Below the pieces are notes generated by a model, which was given only the letters and a program-made list of their open reading frames with translations, made no database searches and was not told the origin of the DNA. The translations under genes and the position numbers were made by a program. DNA of 63,605 bases, counting the filler, from Candidatus Hydrogenedentota bacterium (GTDB taxonomy: Bacteria > JBFMHD01), in the NCBI GenBank assembly GCA_040752395.1. It is 7 parts of 7 records of this genome, joined end to end, with 100 filler letters (N's around TTAATTAATTAA, not from the genome) between each part and the next. Parts side by side here need not be neighbours in the genome. Positions count along the whole stretch, not along the records: positions 9,239 to 18,322 come from JBFMHD010000114.1; positions 18,423 to 27,505 come from JBFMHD010000115.1; 5 more parts are not named here. The stretch is one strand, 5' to 3'. This document shows, in pieces, positions 9,370 through 19,621 of the stretch (position 1 is the stretch's first letter; every line of letters begins with the position of its first letter).

Positions 9370-11415
9370 TTATTCTCCACATTTCTTATTTCTTTCGTTA
9401 TCTTGCCTCTTGCTTCTTTCGTTATCTAAATACTGCCATTTAAAGCTGTCAATCTTTTTAAACACTATCTCTTCTCCATTTAAAAACGTCTTTGGAAAAA
9501 AACCTCTTTTACTGAACACTTCAATAAAATTTATATCCCTGGTACTTAAGATATTACAGCCATTTTCTGTAAAAGATACTAATTTTACAATATTATTACA
9601 ATAAAAATATTCAATATTATTAAAAAAAAGTTTACTCCCTGATAACAATAAAAAATCACCGGATTCTTTGATAAACCCGATTCTTGCATCGGTCTGAATC
9701 TTTCTGCCCTCAATCACTCCGACTTCATTGTTAAATAATGACCAGTCTTTGCCTTCTATAATACTTAATCCTCCTCTGTACTCTGTCTCAACTGTATTAT
9801 CGTATAAACTTAATAATATTATCTCTGTTGGATTTTTAATTGTTAATTTATCATCTAATCTTTGTAGCGCAGGATTTAAAAAATAACTCGACAACCCGCT
9901 AAAATAATTTGAATATTCAAATGATCCAACCTCATTGTTATAATAAATTAATAGTCCTTTCTCTTTAATAAAATAAATATAAAATAAATCATTAGATACA
10001 AATACTCTACAATTATCATCAGAATGAGAGAGATAAATCTTCTCTTGTGAATTTAAATCGGTCTTTATATATGTTATTCTGTCTTTCTCTACCAAACAGG
10101 AAAAATTTGAACTTAAAATCCAGTAGACATTATCTGTCACGGGAATTATCAATATGGAACTATCAAACAATATATCAAAGCAGGTTGTCTTAATAATATT
10201 CTCGGCATCTTGAAAAAAATACCTCGAATTAAGCAAAACATATCTATAATTATCCAAAAGCTCTTCTTTTTTAATAAAATTTAATATTCTTCTATCCCCG
10301 GTTATCTGATATAGAAGATATAAATTTAAAGAACTTATATTTACCTTTTTCGCTTCCATATTTAATACAACCTTACTATTGAATATATAAAAATATTTAA
10401 CTATATCATCTACATAATGTTTCAAAAACTCTTTGATATTATCATTTTGAATGAGTGACAGAGCAAATAAAGTATACCTAAGGCTATTATCATCATTTAT
10501 TAATCTATTAATAAAATTCTGCAATTCGTTATCTAAATTAATAATAATTTTTTTATTATATAAAAATGATTCGAGTAACTCGATGAGAAGACTTTTACTT
10601 GCTACTGTTACCTTATCGGTTCTGGGGATATCTAACAACAGGATAGAAAGAAGAAAATCTGTATATTCATCGACGGAGAGAACATTCTTTTTTTCTAAAA
10701 TGGAAAATACCTCTCCTGCTTTTTCTTTATAAATTTTATTACCAGTGTTCCTGTATTTTATACTTAAGTCTAAAAGAAAATTTATATATTCTCTGCTTTT
10801 ATTAATTTTTAAAATTTCAAATTCAGCGAGTCTGGGGTCATATTTTGCAAAACCTTCTCTTGTCTTATTCTCAAGTATATTAAAAAACATCTGAAAATTA
10901 TCAGGTCCAGGAATAGTAAAGGGCAGATAATATTCTTCCCTTTTATCAATAACTATCTCTTTGACCTCTTTTTTAGACCTTATATTCTCTCCTTCTAAAA
11001 TAAGAGACTTGATTGTTAATTTACAATCAGGATATAATTTACCAGAGAAAATAATATTATTATTTTCAAAAGAAAAAATATCTATCTTTGTTTCTTCGCC
11101 AGGCTTTATTTCTTTAGTCTCAGGTTTACTATTTACATCAAAATAATTTATACTTACAGGGAAACTGCCTTCAACCTTGAATACTATACTCCCTTTAATT
11201 AATAAGTTATATACTCTGATATTTTTTTTAATTGTAAAATATTCAGGTGTCTTTGATTGTGTATATAAAATCCAGGTATTTGACCCTTCTTTTAATACAT
11301 CTATATTTTTCCCGGTTAAAAACCTGTCCAGTACAAAAATATTGTCTAACGAATAATCGTTTGCAAAAACTAAAGAGCAAACAAATAAAAGAACCGGTAT
11401 TCTCAATAAAAGCAT
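9370..11415 (-). CDS. Large hypothetical secreted protein
   Basis: About 680-codon ORF with signal-peptide-like N-terminus, contiguous with ade; start uncertain. Confidence 0.7.
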   Translation of the reverse strand: MLLLRIPVLLFVCSLVFANDYSLDNIFVLDRFLTGKNIDVLKEGSNTWILYTQSKTPEYFTIKKNIRVYNLLIKGSIVFKVEGSFPVSINYFDVNSKPETKEIKPGEETKIDIFSFENNNIIFSGKLYPDCKLTIKSLILEGENIRSKKEVKEIVIDKREEYYLPFTIPGPDNFQMFFNILENKTREGFAKYDPRLAEFEILKINKSREYINFLLDLSIKYRNTGNKIYKEKAGEVFSILEKKNVLSVDEYTDFLLSILLLDIPRTDKVTVASKSLLIELLESFLYNKKIIINLDNELQNFINRLINDDNSLRYTLFALSLIQNDNIKEFLKHYVDDIVKYFYIFNSKVVLNMEAKKVNISSLNLYLLYQITGDRRILNFIKKEELLDNYRYVLLNSRYFFQDAENIIKTTCFDILFDSSILIIPVTDNVYWILSSNFSCLVEKDRITYIKTDLNSQEKIYLSHSDDNCRVFVSNDLFYIYFIKEKGLLIYYNNEVGSFEYSNYFSGLSSYFLNPALQRLDDKLTIKNPTEIILLSLYDNTVETEYRGGLSIIEGKDWSLFNNEVGVIEGRKIQTDARIGFIKESGDFLLLSGSKLFFNNIEYFYCNNIVKLVSFTENGCNILSTRDINFIEVFSKRGFFPKTFLNGEEIVFKKIDSFKWQYLDNERSKRQDNERNKKCGE

Positions 11416-11416
11416 A

Positions 11417-13129
11417 TTAATTAACAAATAAATCAACAAAATCAAATTTTTTCACATCAAATAGACCTTTATCTGTAAGTTTAAGCTCAGGTATAACAGG
11501 CAGGCTCAGGAACGAAAGATGCATAAAAGGGTCTCTAAGTTTAACACCCATCTCTTTGGCAAGACTATTCATCTGTTTCAAATTTTCATCCACTTCATAT
11601 AGACTTTTATTACTCATTAATCCTGCTATAGGCAGTGGCAAAACTCCCTTCAATGTCTCATTCTCTACAACACTAATACCACCCTGATATTTTCTTATGG
11701 CTGTTATAGCTTTAAAAATATCTCTATCATTTGTTCCTACAACCACAATATTATGTGAATCATGAGATACTGATGAGGCTATTGCCCCCCTCTTTAACCC
11801 GAACCCTCTGACAAAACCTTTACCTATATTATTAGACCCAAGATGTCGCTCTAAAACTATAAGTTTGAGGATATCGTTTTCTGTATCAGATTCTAATCTA
11901 TTATCAATAATTCGTGGTTCTGTGATAAATTGGTTGGTAAATATCTGGTCCGGCACAATATCTATGACTCTTATTCTGTTCCCTCTGGCTTTCATAATAA
12001 AATCATCGTTTTCAAGCCATTTAATATTTATAGAGCCCCTTAATCTGACATCAATAGTAGGTGTCTCAAGTGGCAATAGTTTTCCACGTTCCGCAACGAC
12101 TCTCCCATACTTAAGAACATATTTTATATCAATCTTTTTTAAATCTTCAAAGATAATTATATCAGCTCTGTAACCCGGGGCAATGGCTCCTATATCCTGC
12201 TTCTGAAAATAACAAGCTGCATTAAGCGAAGCCATCTGAAAAACTAATAAAGGGTCGATACCTTTGTTAATACTTTTTCTAACAATGAAATCTATATGTC
12301 CCTCATTAATTAAATCTCCAGGATGCCTGTCATCTGTAACAAAGAAACATCTTCGTGCATTCTCTTTAGTAACTATGTTTATAATTTCATCTAAATTCTT
12401 ACTTGCTGAGCCCTCTCTAATCATAATATACATACCTGCACGCAATTTCTCTTTTGCTTCCTCTCTTGTTATACATTCATGATCAGAATAGATACCAGCA
12501 GATATATAGGCATAAAGGTCTTTACCTTTCAGGCCGGGACAATGACCATCAATCCTTTTACTCCCGGCAGACTTTATTTTATCGATTACATCTGGTACTG
12601 TATTGATAACCCCTGGAAAATTCATCATCTCACCTATACCAAGAACCCATTTTTCGTTTAAAAAAGGCATTAAATCAAAAGCACGAAGCTGACTCCCTGA
12701 TGTTTCTTTGTCAGTTGCAGGGACACAGGATGGTAACATAAGATAAACAGTTAAAGGATTGTATTTACTCGATTCAAGAATATATCTGATACCATCAATA
12801 CCTAAGACATTGGCTATCTCATGAGGGTCAGCTACTACAGTGGTTGTTCCACGTGGCACAACAGCTTTTGCAAACTCTCTTACAGAAACCATTGAGCTCT
12901 CTATGTGCATATGACCATCAATAAAACCCGGTGCCGCATATAAACCATCACAATCTATAATCTCTTTAGCCTCATAATCACCAAAACCCACCACCCGTGT
13001 ATTGCTAATAGCTATTGAGGTAGGGTATATCTCATATGAGAGCACGTTTATTAGCTGGATATTTTTTAAAAGTAAATCTACGGGTTCCTCACCACGCGAT
13101 CTTCTAATCCTTGTCTCGAGCGTAACCAT
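11417..13129 (-). CDS. ade: Adenine deaminase
   Basis: PGFIDGHMHIESS, DPHEIANV, EMMNFPG, SDHE, SHDSHN. Confidence 0.96.
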   Translation of the reverse strand: MVTLETRIRRSRGEEPVDLLLKNIQLINVLSYEIYPTSIAISNTRVVGFGDYEAKEIIDCDGLYAAPGFIDGHMHIESSMVSVREFAKAVVPRGTTTVVADPHEIANVLGIDGIRYILESSKYNPLTVYLMLPSCVPATDKETSGSQLRAFDLMPFLNEKWVLGIGEMMNFPGVINTVPDVIDKIKSAGSKRIDGHCPGLKGKDLYAYISAGIYSDHECITREEAKEKLRAGMYIMIREGSASKNLDEIINIVTKENARRCFFVTDDRHPGDLINEGHIDFIVRKSINKGIDPLLVFQMASLNAACYFQKQDIGAIAPGYRADIIIFEDLKKIDIKYVLKYGRVVAERGKLLPLETPTIDVRLRGSINIKWLENDDFIMKARGNRIRVIDIVPDQIFTNQFITEPRIIDNRLESDTENDILKLIVLERHLGSNNIGKGFVRGFGLKRGAIASSVSHDSHNIVVVGTNDRDIFKAITAIRKYQGGISVVENETLKGVLPLPIAGLMSNKSLYEVDENLKQMNSLAKEMGVKLRDPFMHLSFLSLPVIPELKLTDKGLFDVKKFDFVDLFVN

Positions 13130-13232
13130 AATACCACCAAACAATAAACCCCTATCCCACAGCGCCTTAACAATAATTTATTAATACAAAATGTCAAGTT
13201 ATAAAAGTATTGCCTCACTTCATAGATAAAAT

Positions 13233-13375
13233 TTAGAAGCAAGAAGCAAGAGGCAAGAGGCAAGATATTCGGTTATCGGCGTTCGGTGTTCGGTGGTCGG
13301 TTCACCGATAACCTAAAACCCAAAACCTATAACCGAAAATTTAACACCGAACTTAAGAACTCCACTAAATACCCC
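13233..13375. repeat. GCAAGA(A/G) heptamers followed by an inverted TTCGGT(G/T)/ACCGA heptamer hairpin
   Basis: tagaagcaagaagcaagaggcaagaggcaag then ttcggttatcggcgttcggtgttcgg...ccgataacc...ccgaa...caccgaac. Confidence 0.8.
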
Positions 13376-13443
13376 ATGATTACTTGAAAATTACGAATGT
13401 TTATTGACATACCTTTTATATAATTTAATATCAGCTATCAAAT

Positions 13444-14700
13444 ATGAAAACAAAGTTATTTCTTTTGTTAATTAGCGCCTTCATTTTCCGATTAATACTT
13501 CTTTATTTCTTTTATTCGGATGATTATTTATGCGACGAACTTGAATATCATCTTTTGGCAAAAAATTTGGTTTCAGGTATCGGCTATAGTCTTGATAACA
13601 TATCGCTGACCACATATAGAAACCCGGGGTTCCCTTTCTTTCTCTCGGTTGTTTATAAACTCTTTTCTTCTAATATTCTAATAGTAAAAATCATCCAGTG
13701 CCTATTCAACTCATTTGCTTCAGTAATTGTTTTCTTAATTGCTAAAATTTTCTTTGATGAAAAGATTGCCCTGTTATCAGGTTATATAACCTCTTTTCAT
13801 CCGGTTATTGGTATCTATGCCACACAACTATACAGCGAGTCTTTTTATACAATAATATTTCTGGTTGGTATTTACTTTTTCATTAAGGCTTTTATAGACG
13901 TCTCTACTTACAAAATATATATAATTTTAGCCGGCATATTCTGTGGTCTATGTCTCCTCACCCGAACCTCAACTCTCTTTTATTTCTTACCACTGACCGC
14001 TGGCTACTTTATAATCTATAAAGATAAAAGAATACTAAAAATGGCTTTATTATTCTCTACAATTATTCTGCTTCTTATCCCCTGGACAATAAGAAACTAT
14101 AAGATTTCAGGTAAAATTCAGCCATTCGGTTCAGGTATCGGCGGCATAGTGTTCTTTATCGCAACTTACTTGCCCTGGAAAGGTGATAACCCGGGTTACG
14201 ATAAAGAACCTCTAAAAACCTATATGGAAAGATTTAAAAATGAAGAACTTGATAGTTTCCTCTACAAAGAAGGAATAAACAACATAAAAAAATGGCCTCT
14301 ACAATATCTCATTATGAGTATAAAAAGAATCAGACCATTATGGTTTACATCTCATTCTGCAATATTCGGGATCAACCTGCCTAATAAAACAATGCTTGAA
14401 AAAAAACTTTATCATTTAATCTTCATCAAAATCATACTCTTCGTATTCAATTGTTTGTTAATACTCTCAAATGTATTTTATTACTTCATTAACAAAGATA
14501 AAATAAAAGAACATATATTGTTTCTATTGCTTATTCTCGGTTTCAGCCTGCATATATTTCTTGCTGTCACAGCAAGATACACAGTACCCTATCTGCCATT
14601 ATCTATAATTCTATTTTCAAGTATGGTTTATCGGATAAAATATTATCTGCCTTGTTCCTGTCCAGTTACAGGTAACCCATCAGTTATGGGTAATATTTAG
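13444..14700 (+). CDS. GT39/ArnT-like membrane glycosyltransferase
   Basis: DE.EY..LA.NL, RNPGFP, SESFY, PWTIRNY motifs; multi-TM. Confidence 0.82.
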   Translation: MKTKLFLLLISAFIFRLILLYFFYSDDYLCDELEYHLLAKNLVSGIGYSLDNISLTTYRNPGFPFFLSVVYKLFSSNILIVKIIQCLFNSFASVIVFLIAKIFFDEKIALLSGYITSFHPVIGIYATQLYSESFYTIIFLVGIYFFIKAFIDVSTYKIYIILAGIFCGLCLLTRTSTLFYFLPLTAGYFIIYKDKRILKMALLFSTIILLLIPWTIRNYKISGKIQPFGSGIGGIVFFIATYLPWKGDNPGYDKEPLKTYMERFKNEELDSFLYKEGINNIKKWPLQYLIMSIKRIRPLWFTSHSAIFGINLPNKTMLEKKLYHLIFIKIILFVFNCLLILSNVFYYFINKDKIKEHILFLLLILGFSLHIFLAVTARYTVPYLPLSIILFSSMVYRIKYYLPCSCPVTGNPSVMGNI

Positions 14701-14789
14701 AAGCAAGATGCAAGATAACGAAAAACCGCTGTATGGGCAGACCTATGTGTCGGGCTGATGTAAGATGCAAAAGATAAGAGGCTGGATTA

Positions 14790-16025
14790 ATGAATTCCTT
14801 GTATGATTTCGATGTAACACCGCCACTTTTATTAAAAAGATTTAAAGAAGGTATATATCTCCACATACTTGATAAATTAAGAAAACTCATCTTTTTGCCG
14901 TTCTTTACCCGTATGCTTGATACAGCTGGAATAGGTATTTTAAATCTTATCTATGTTACCTGTGCCCTAATTATGCCTGTTTTTGAATTAAACTTAAAAA
15001 CAGGAGCGATACCTTTTCTCTCAGAAGAAAAGAACCAGGAGGAAATATATAAAATATTAAACGCCGTTGTATTCTACTCTCTTCTCTCAACCCTGATACT
15101 CTGCCTCGCAATGATTTCACCAATTTTAATGAATGACCCGCATCTTTTGAATATCTGTCTTGCTTTTGCATTTTATGTTTTTTCCAACAACCTTAAAGAA
15201 GTCTCCTCTCTTATCCACCAGTCGTTTCAGAAAACTGAGTTCCTTTTAAAATTCCTCTGTATTATCGGCTATCTCTCAAGTATAGTCAGCATAGTCTTCT
15301 TGTTTGCAGGACTCTTTATACCTGGAATTATCTGGGCAGAATCAATAGTGATGTTTGGTTCCGGGTTGTGGCTTTTATATGTTCTATTTAAATCCGGCTG
15401 GAAATTCAATCTCAATTTCAGCAAAAAATTCAATGACATCCTTAATCTATCTATCTCTACCACACCTGTAAGACTCTTTCAATGGATAATAAGAAGCCTT
15501 GATTCATATCTTATACTCTTGTTTTATGACACTTCCAGCGTTGGCATATATGCCGTAGCCTATATGTTCGCTTCTCCTGTTTTATCATTTGAAATGGCAA
15601 TAAATTTTATGTGGGTCCCGAACTTCTCAAGGCTGTATTCTGAAAGTAAAGACAAAGCTCTAAAAATGATTAAAAGAGCTTTAAAATTTATCACCCTGAG
15701 TTTTGTCAGTATTATTATTCTTTATTTAATTCTATTAAAAAAACTTATTATAATTATAGCCGGAAATGAATATGTTGAATCATATCTGGTTTGTCTTATA
15801 ATCGTATTAGCTTTCTTCTTTTATTGTTTGGGGAAACTCTTTGAAGGGGTCTTATTCTCATTTAAAAAAGGAAAAAGTATATTTTCTGCTTATCTAACTG
15901 GTATGATATTAAATGTTATGTTTAATATCATACTAATTCCAGTATACGCTTTAAAAGGAGCATCAGTAGCTACCTTAATATCCTATTGCGCTACATTTTT
16001 AATTATGTATTTGAGGAGCCGTTGA
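14790..16025 (+). CDS. Polysaccharide flippase (Wzx-like)
   Basis: FLPFFTRML, VGIYAVAY, LNVMFNIILIP..GASVAT. Confidence 0.85.
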   Translation: MNSLYDFDVTPPLLLKRFKEGIYLHILDKLRKLIFLPFFTRMLDTAGIGILNLIYVTCALIMPVFELNLKTGAIPFLSEEKNQEEIYKILNAVVFYSLLSTLILCLAMISPILMNDPHLLNICLAFAFYVFSNNLKEVSSLIHQSFQKTEFLLKFLCIIGYLSSIVSIVFLFAGLFIPGIIWAESIVMFGSGLWLLYVLFKSGWKFNLNFSKKFNDILNLSISTTPVRLFQWIIRSLDSYLILLFYDTSSVGIYAVAYMFASPVLSFEMAINFMWVPNFSRLYSESKDKALKMIKRALKFITLSFVSIIILYLILLKKLIIIIAGNEYVESYLVCLIIVLAFFFYCLGKLFEGVLFSFKKGKSIFSAYLTGMILNVMFNIILIPVYALKGASVATLISYCATFLIMYLRSR

Positions 16026-16072
16026 GTTTGATCCTTTATCCAGAGCAGAGCAAAGGATCGTAAAAAGAAAAT

Positions 16073-17188
16073 ATGAAAATAGGAATGATAATTCAGAACT
16101 TTTATCCTTATATAGGCGGCAGTGAAAAACAGTGTTTAAGATTAAGCGAATATCTAACAGAAACACTCGGCTTGGAGGTTGATATAATAACAAGAAAGAT
16201 TGAAAAATCTCAACCCCGATATCAAAAAATAAATACCAACTTGAATGTAATACGACTTGATTTAGCAGGATACCCTACCTCTACAAATGTATTTATGCTA
16301 ATTTTATTCTGGTACCTTATACGAAATATTAAAAAATATGATATTATGCACATACATCTTATCTCTTCTCATACAATTTCTGCTTTGCTTACAGCAAAAC
16401 TTTTTAGAAAGAAAACTATTGTAAAATTGGCTGCATCAGGTGAATTTGGTGATATCGCTACCTCTTCTTGCTCCCTCATCGGTAAGCTAAAACTTTTATT
16501 AACCAGGTGGTTAGCTGATAGATTTGTAGCACCTTCGGCTGGCGTAAAACAGGAAATGCTTGATTCCAGTTTTAATGAAAATAAAATAAAAGTTATACCA
16601 AATATGATAAGAGAAGATAAAAATTATAATAAAACATATCATTATAAAGAAATTATCAACATAGTCTTTATTGCGAGACTAACTGAACAGAAATCACCAG
16701 AAACACTTATCCACTCTCTAAATAAGATTAAAAGTCATAAATTTATATGTAAAATAGTTGGTGGTGGAGTTTTGAAAAGCATACTCCAAGAGATGGTGAA
16801 AAATTATGGGTTGATAGACAAAATTTATTTTACAGGCGAAGTTAATGATGTTATACCATATTTAAAAGAAGCGGATATTTTTATTTCAACCTCGTTGTCA
16901 GAAGGACTACCTAATTCAATACTTGAAGCTGGTATGGTTGGATTACCTGTGATCGCTACTGATATCAGTGGTAATAATGAGATAATAATAAACAACTACA
17001 ACGGGTTTCTTTTCGAGCCTAAAAACGTAAACCAGCTTTGTGAAAAAATTTCCTTTTTTATAAATAATAAAGACAAGATCAAAGAGTTCGGTACAAGATT
17101 ACAAAAACTTATAATGGAGAAATATACGTTTGAATCAAACATAGAAAAAATAAAAAATCTATATGAAATAGTAGTGCCTTATAAGTAA
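16073..17188 (+). CDS. Glycosyltransferase family 4
   Basis: GGSEKQ, EGLPNSILEA, PVIATD. Confidence 0.92.
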   Translation: MKIGMIIQNFYPYIGGSEKQCLRLSEYLTETLGLEVDIITRKIEKSQPRYQKINTNLNVIRLDLAGYPTSTNVFMLILFWYLIRNIKKYDIMHIHLISSHTISALLTAKLFRKKTIVKLAASGEFGDIATSSCSLIGKLKLLLTRWLADRFVAPSAGVKQEMLDSSFNENKIKVIPNMIREDKNYNKTYHYKEIINIVFIARLTEQKSPETLIHSLNKIKSHKFICKIVGGGVLKSILQEMVKNYGLIDKIYFTGEVNDVIPYLKEADIFISTSLSEGLPNSILEAGMVGLPVIATDISGNNEIIINNYNGFLFEPKNVNQLCEKISFFINNKDKIKEFGTRLQKLIMEKYTFESNIEKIKNLYEIVVPYK

Positions 17189-17261
17189 AACTCTGACAAA
17201 AAAACAAAAATATTTACCACTTAAAATACTGAATTACAGAGGCATTGAAAAACATATGACC

Positions 17262-17345
17262 CCTGACTCCTAATTTTGAATTTAACTTTGTGCCTCTGTG
17301 CCTTTGTGCCTCTGAAAGTAAGAAGTGGGAAGTGAGAAGTATCAC
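17262..17345. repeat. CTGACTC / TTTGTGCC octamer / GAAGTGA modules
   Basis: Shares segments with 61795-61853 and 21394-21424; reverse complement of 8957-8986. Confidence 0.75.
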
Positions 17346-17642
17346 TAAGAATGTGGAATGCAGAAACAAGAAAAACCAGAACCGTCCATGTTTTCTGTGA
17401 CACCACCATCTCGCCTTGGTTATCCATCCAATGGCTGAACGGTTACAAAATTTTTAATTTTTCACCCTTGACAAATAAAAAAAATTAAATAAAAAATATT
17501 ATGGAACGAGATGATCCCGAAATTATGACAAATTTATGTCAGTGGGACGCTCGTTCCTTTGTGTTCTTGCGGCAAGCGTGTGTGGGGCGTAAATACTGAA
17601 CCATACTTTATCGTGAAAATCTGATTTTTAAATCATAAAAAA

Positions 17643-17935
17643 CTAAGAAGGGATTGCTTGAGTATAATTCCATGGCATCCATTGACAAGGATTTTTAATC
17701 AGGTCTTATGAATTCCTGATAAGCGCAGTAAGATAATGAAAGGGGTTGACATTTGAAAGATTGCAGGTATGAATGAGACTCATAAACAGGTCACCGATGT
17801 ATGCACCAGGATTTGTTTTGTAAAAAAGCGAGTTTTTTTCCGCTGAAGGATGACTTTCTTAAGAGCCTGTTCACAGATGTTGTTGTCAAGAGGTGCGCCA
17901 GCAACTCTCAAAAATAAAGTGAGATGATACCAATT
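17643..17935 (-). pseudogene. IS66-family transposase C-terminal remnant
   Basis: My translation: NWYHLTLFLRVAGAPLDNNICEQALKKVILQRK/NSLFYKTNPGAYIGDLFMSLIHTCNLSNVNPFHYLTAL...QWMPWNY; frameshift in the T-run at 17833-17839 and stop at 17706-17708. Confidence 0.88.
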
Positions 17936-18227
17936 TACACCACTATCACTTCAAGCACTATTGCCGAAAGAACACAGTCTAACGTATGATGTCTATGGTC
18001 TATTTGTCTAAATTGCAGATTTGGTAAATCTTATTAAAATCCGAGCTTTATTTAGGCCGCCACCTCACTCACGATTTATTCACGTTTATTTATAACTCTT
18101 CTAAAAATTTTAAAAACTGAAACTTTATGTTAACTATACTTTCGCACATTTTACCTTGAAAAAATAAAAAGCCGCCGTATAATATTGACTACAATTAAAT
18201 AATCAACACTATACTGAGGAAACTTCA

Positions 18228-18320
18228 ATGTTTACTACACAGCAAAGTATACAACCACCAAAGAATTTTGACAAGTATTTAAATCACTTTAAATCCGTCT
18301 TTACTAAACCATCAGTATAA
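18228..18320 (+). pseudogene. Possible transposase N-terminal fragment at contig end
   Basis: SD gagga then MFTTQQSIQPPKNFDKYLNHFKSVFTKPSV*; loosely resembles DDE transposase N-termini. Confidence 0.3.
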
Positions 18321-18422
18321 TTNNNNNNNNNNNNNNNNNNNNNNNNNNNNNNNNNNNNNNNNNNNNTTAATTAATTAANNNNNNNNNNNNNNNNNNNNNN
18401 NNNNNNNNNNNNNNNNNNNNNN

Positions 18423-18770
18423 GACAGGAGGAGAAGGCACAAAGGATATTAGGGGATGGGTCATAGGGGATGGGGTATATTAGGGGGCGGCGGTTAGGGG
18501 TTAGGGGTCCGGAGTCGAGAGTCGTGAGTCAGGATAAGACTGACGACTTAATGACCGGAGACTAGAGACTTTTTAGAGGAGTACTCATGAGCGCAGGTTG
18601 CGCTCTACACTATTGTGTTATTGGGTTCTTGGGTTATCGCGTTTTTGGGTTTTTGCGCTCTACACAACGTATGAAAAACCAGATGTTTGTTTATCTTGCT
18701 TCTTGCCTCTTGCCTCTTGCTTCTATTTGATATTATTAGAGTTACAGCGTTTTTCAGAGGAGGGGAACCA
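18423..18770 (+). repeat. Long stacked cassette: G-rich module, GAGTC/GACT hairpin, SD-ATG, octamer module, terminal TTCTTGC module with SD
   Basis: Segments match 21208-21380 (reverse complement), 27195-27297 and 50869-51020. Confidence 0.9.
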
Positions 18771-19007
18771 ATGGTCTGGAAAAAAGAAGGAACCATACTT
18801 GATACTAATCTTAAAGAACTCGAACTCGATGTTCTTTTAAAACTCACAATCGAATGTATCAGAGAAATACAGGATAGAAAAACTAAAATAGAACAGTTCA
18901 TAGATACACTTGATGAAGATATGAAAGCTCTGCTCAATCGTTCAGTCGAGGCTCGTGGTCAAAATAGGCTATTTTCCACTATGGCTTCTGAGGAAACCAA
19001 TCAATGA
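18771..19007 (+). CDS. Small hypothetical protein
   Basis: SD gaggagg from the repeat; ATGA overlap with the next gene. Confidence 0.7.
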   Translation: MVWKKEGTILDTNLKELELDVLLKLTIECIREIQDRKTKIEQFIDTLDEDMKALLNRSVEARGQNRLFSTMASEETNQ

Positions 19008-19621
19008 AGATTGTTATATCAAGCGACCATGCGGGATATAAACTCAAAGAAGAAATTAAACCATTTTTAAAAACTAAAACCGAAACAACTGAAGACCTTG
19101 GCCCTTTTTCCGAATCGCCTGTGGATTTCCCTGATTATGCTCTCAGGGTCGCTGAGTTAGTAAGTAGAGGAGAAGCTGATTTTGGCATTATGATTGATGG
19201 TGTCGGTTCAAGTTCTGCTATTGTTTGTAATAAACTACCTGGTATCAGAGCAAGTGTTGTTTATAACGAATTCTCATCTAAAATCGCAAAAGAACATTCT
19301 AATGCTAATATTCTATGCCTCGGTAGTAAAAGTCTTGGTGCAGATGATGCTATAAAAATATTAGATACCTTTTTTTCAGCCGAGTTTTTAGGTGGTAAAT
19401 ACAAAAACCGGTTACAGAAAGTTGAAGATATAGAAAATAAATATCTCATAAAACCTGATAAATCTTCTCTTTTAAAAAAGAAGCTTGTCACAGAAACAGA
19501 TTTACGCGAATCTAAACGTGCTGGTACCCCAATCTTACTCTCAAAAAGTATGTCAAAATTTACACCCTCTGCTTTAGAGTTTATAGAAAAAAATTCTGAT
19601 ATTATAACCTGGGAACCATAA
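19004..19621 (+). CDS. rpiB: RpiB/LacA/LacB family sugar-phosphate isomerase with C-terminal extension
   Basis: SDHAGYKLK, DFPDYA, NKLPGIRA, AKEHSNANIL, FLGGKY. Confidence 0.85.
   Translation: MKIVISSDHAGYKLKEEIKPFLKTKTETTEDLGPFSESPVDFPDYALRVAELVSRGEADFGIMIDGVGSSSAIVCNKLPGIRASVVYNEFSSKIAKEHSNANILCLGSKSLGADDAIKILDTFFSAEFLGGKYKNRLQKVEDIENKYLIKPDKSSLLKKKLVTETDLRESKRAGTPILLSKSMSKFTPSALEFIEKNSDIITWEP

Noticed and set aside
17862-17879. GAGCCTGTTCAC resembling an IS5-type TIR
   Set aside because: It lies within the IS66 coding remnant (CEQAL) and has no partner end.
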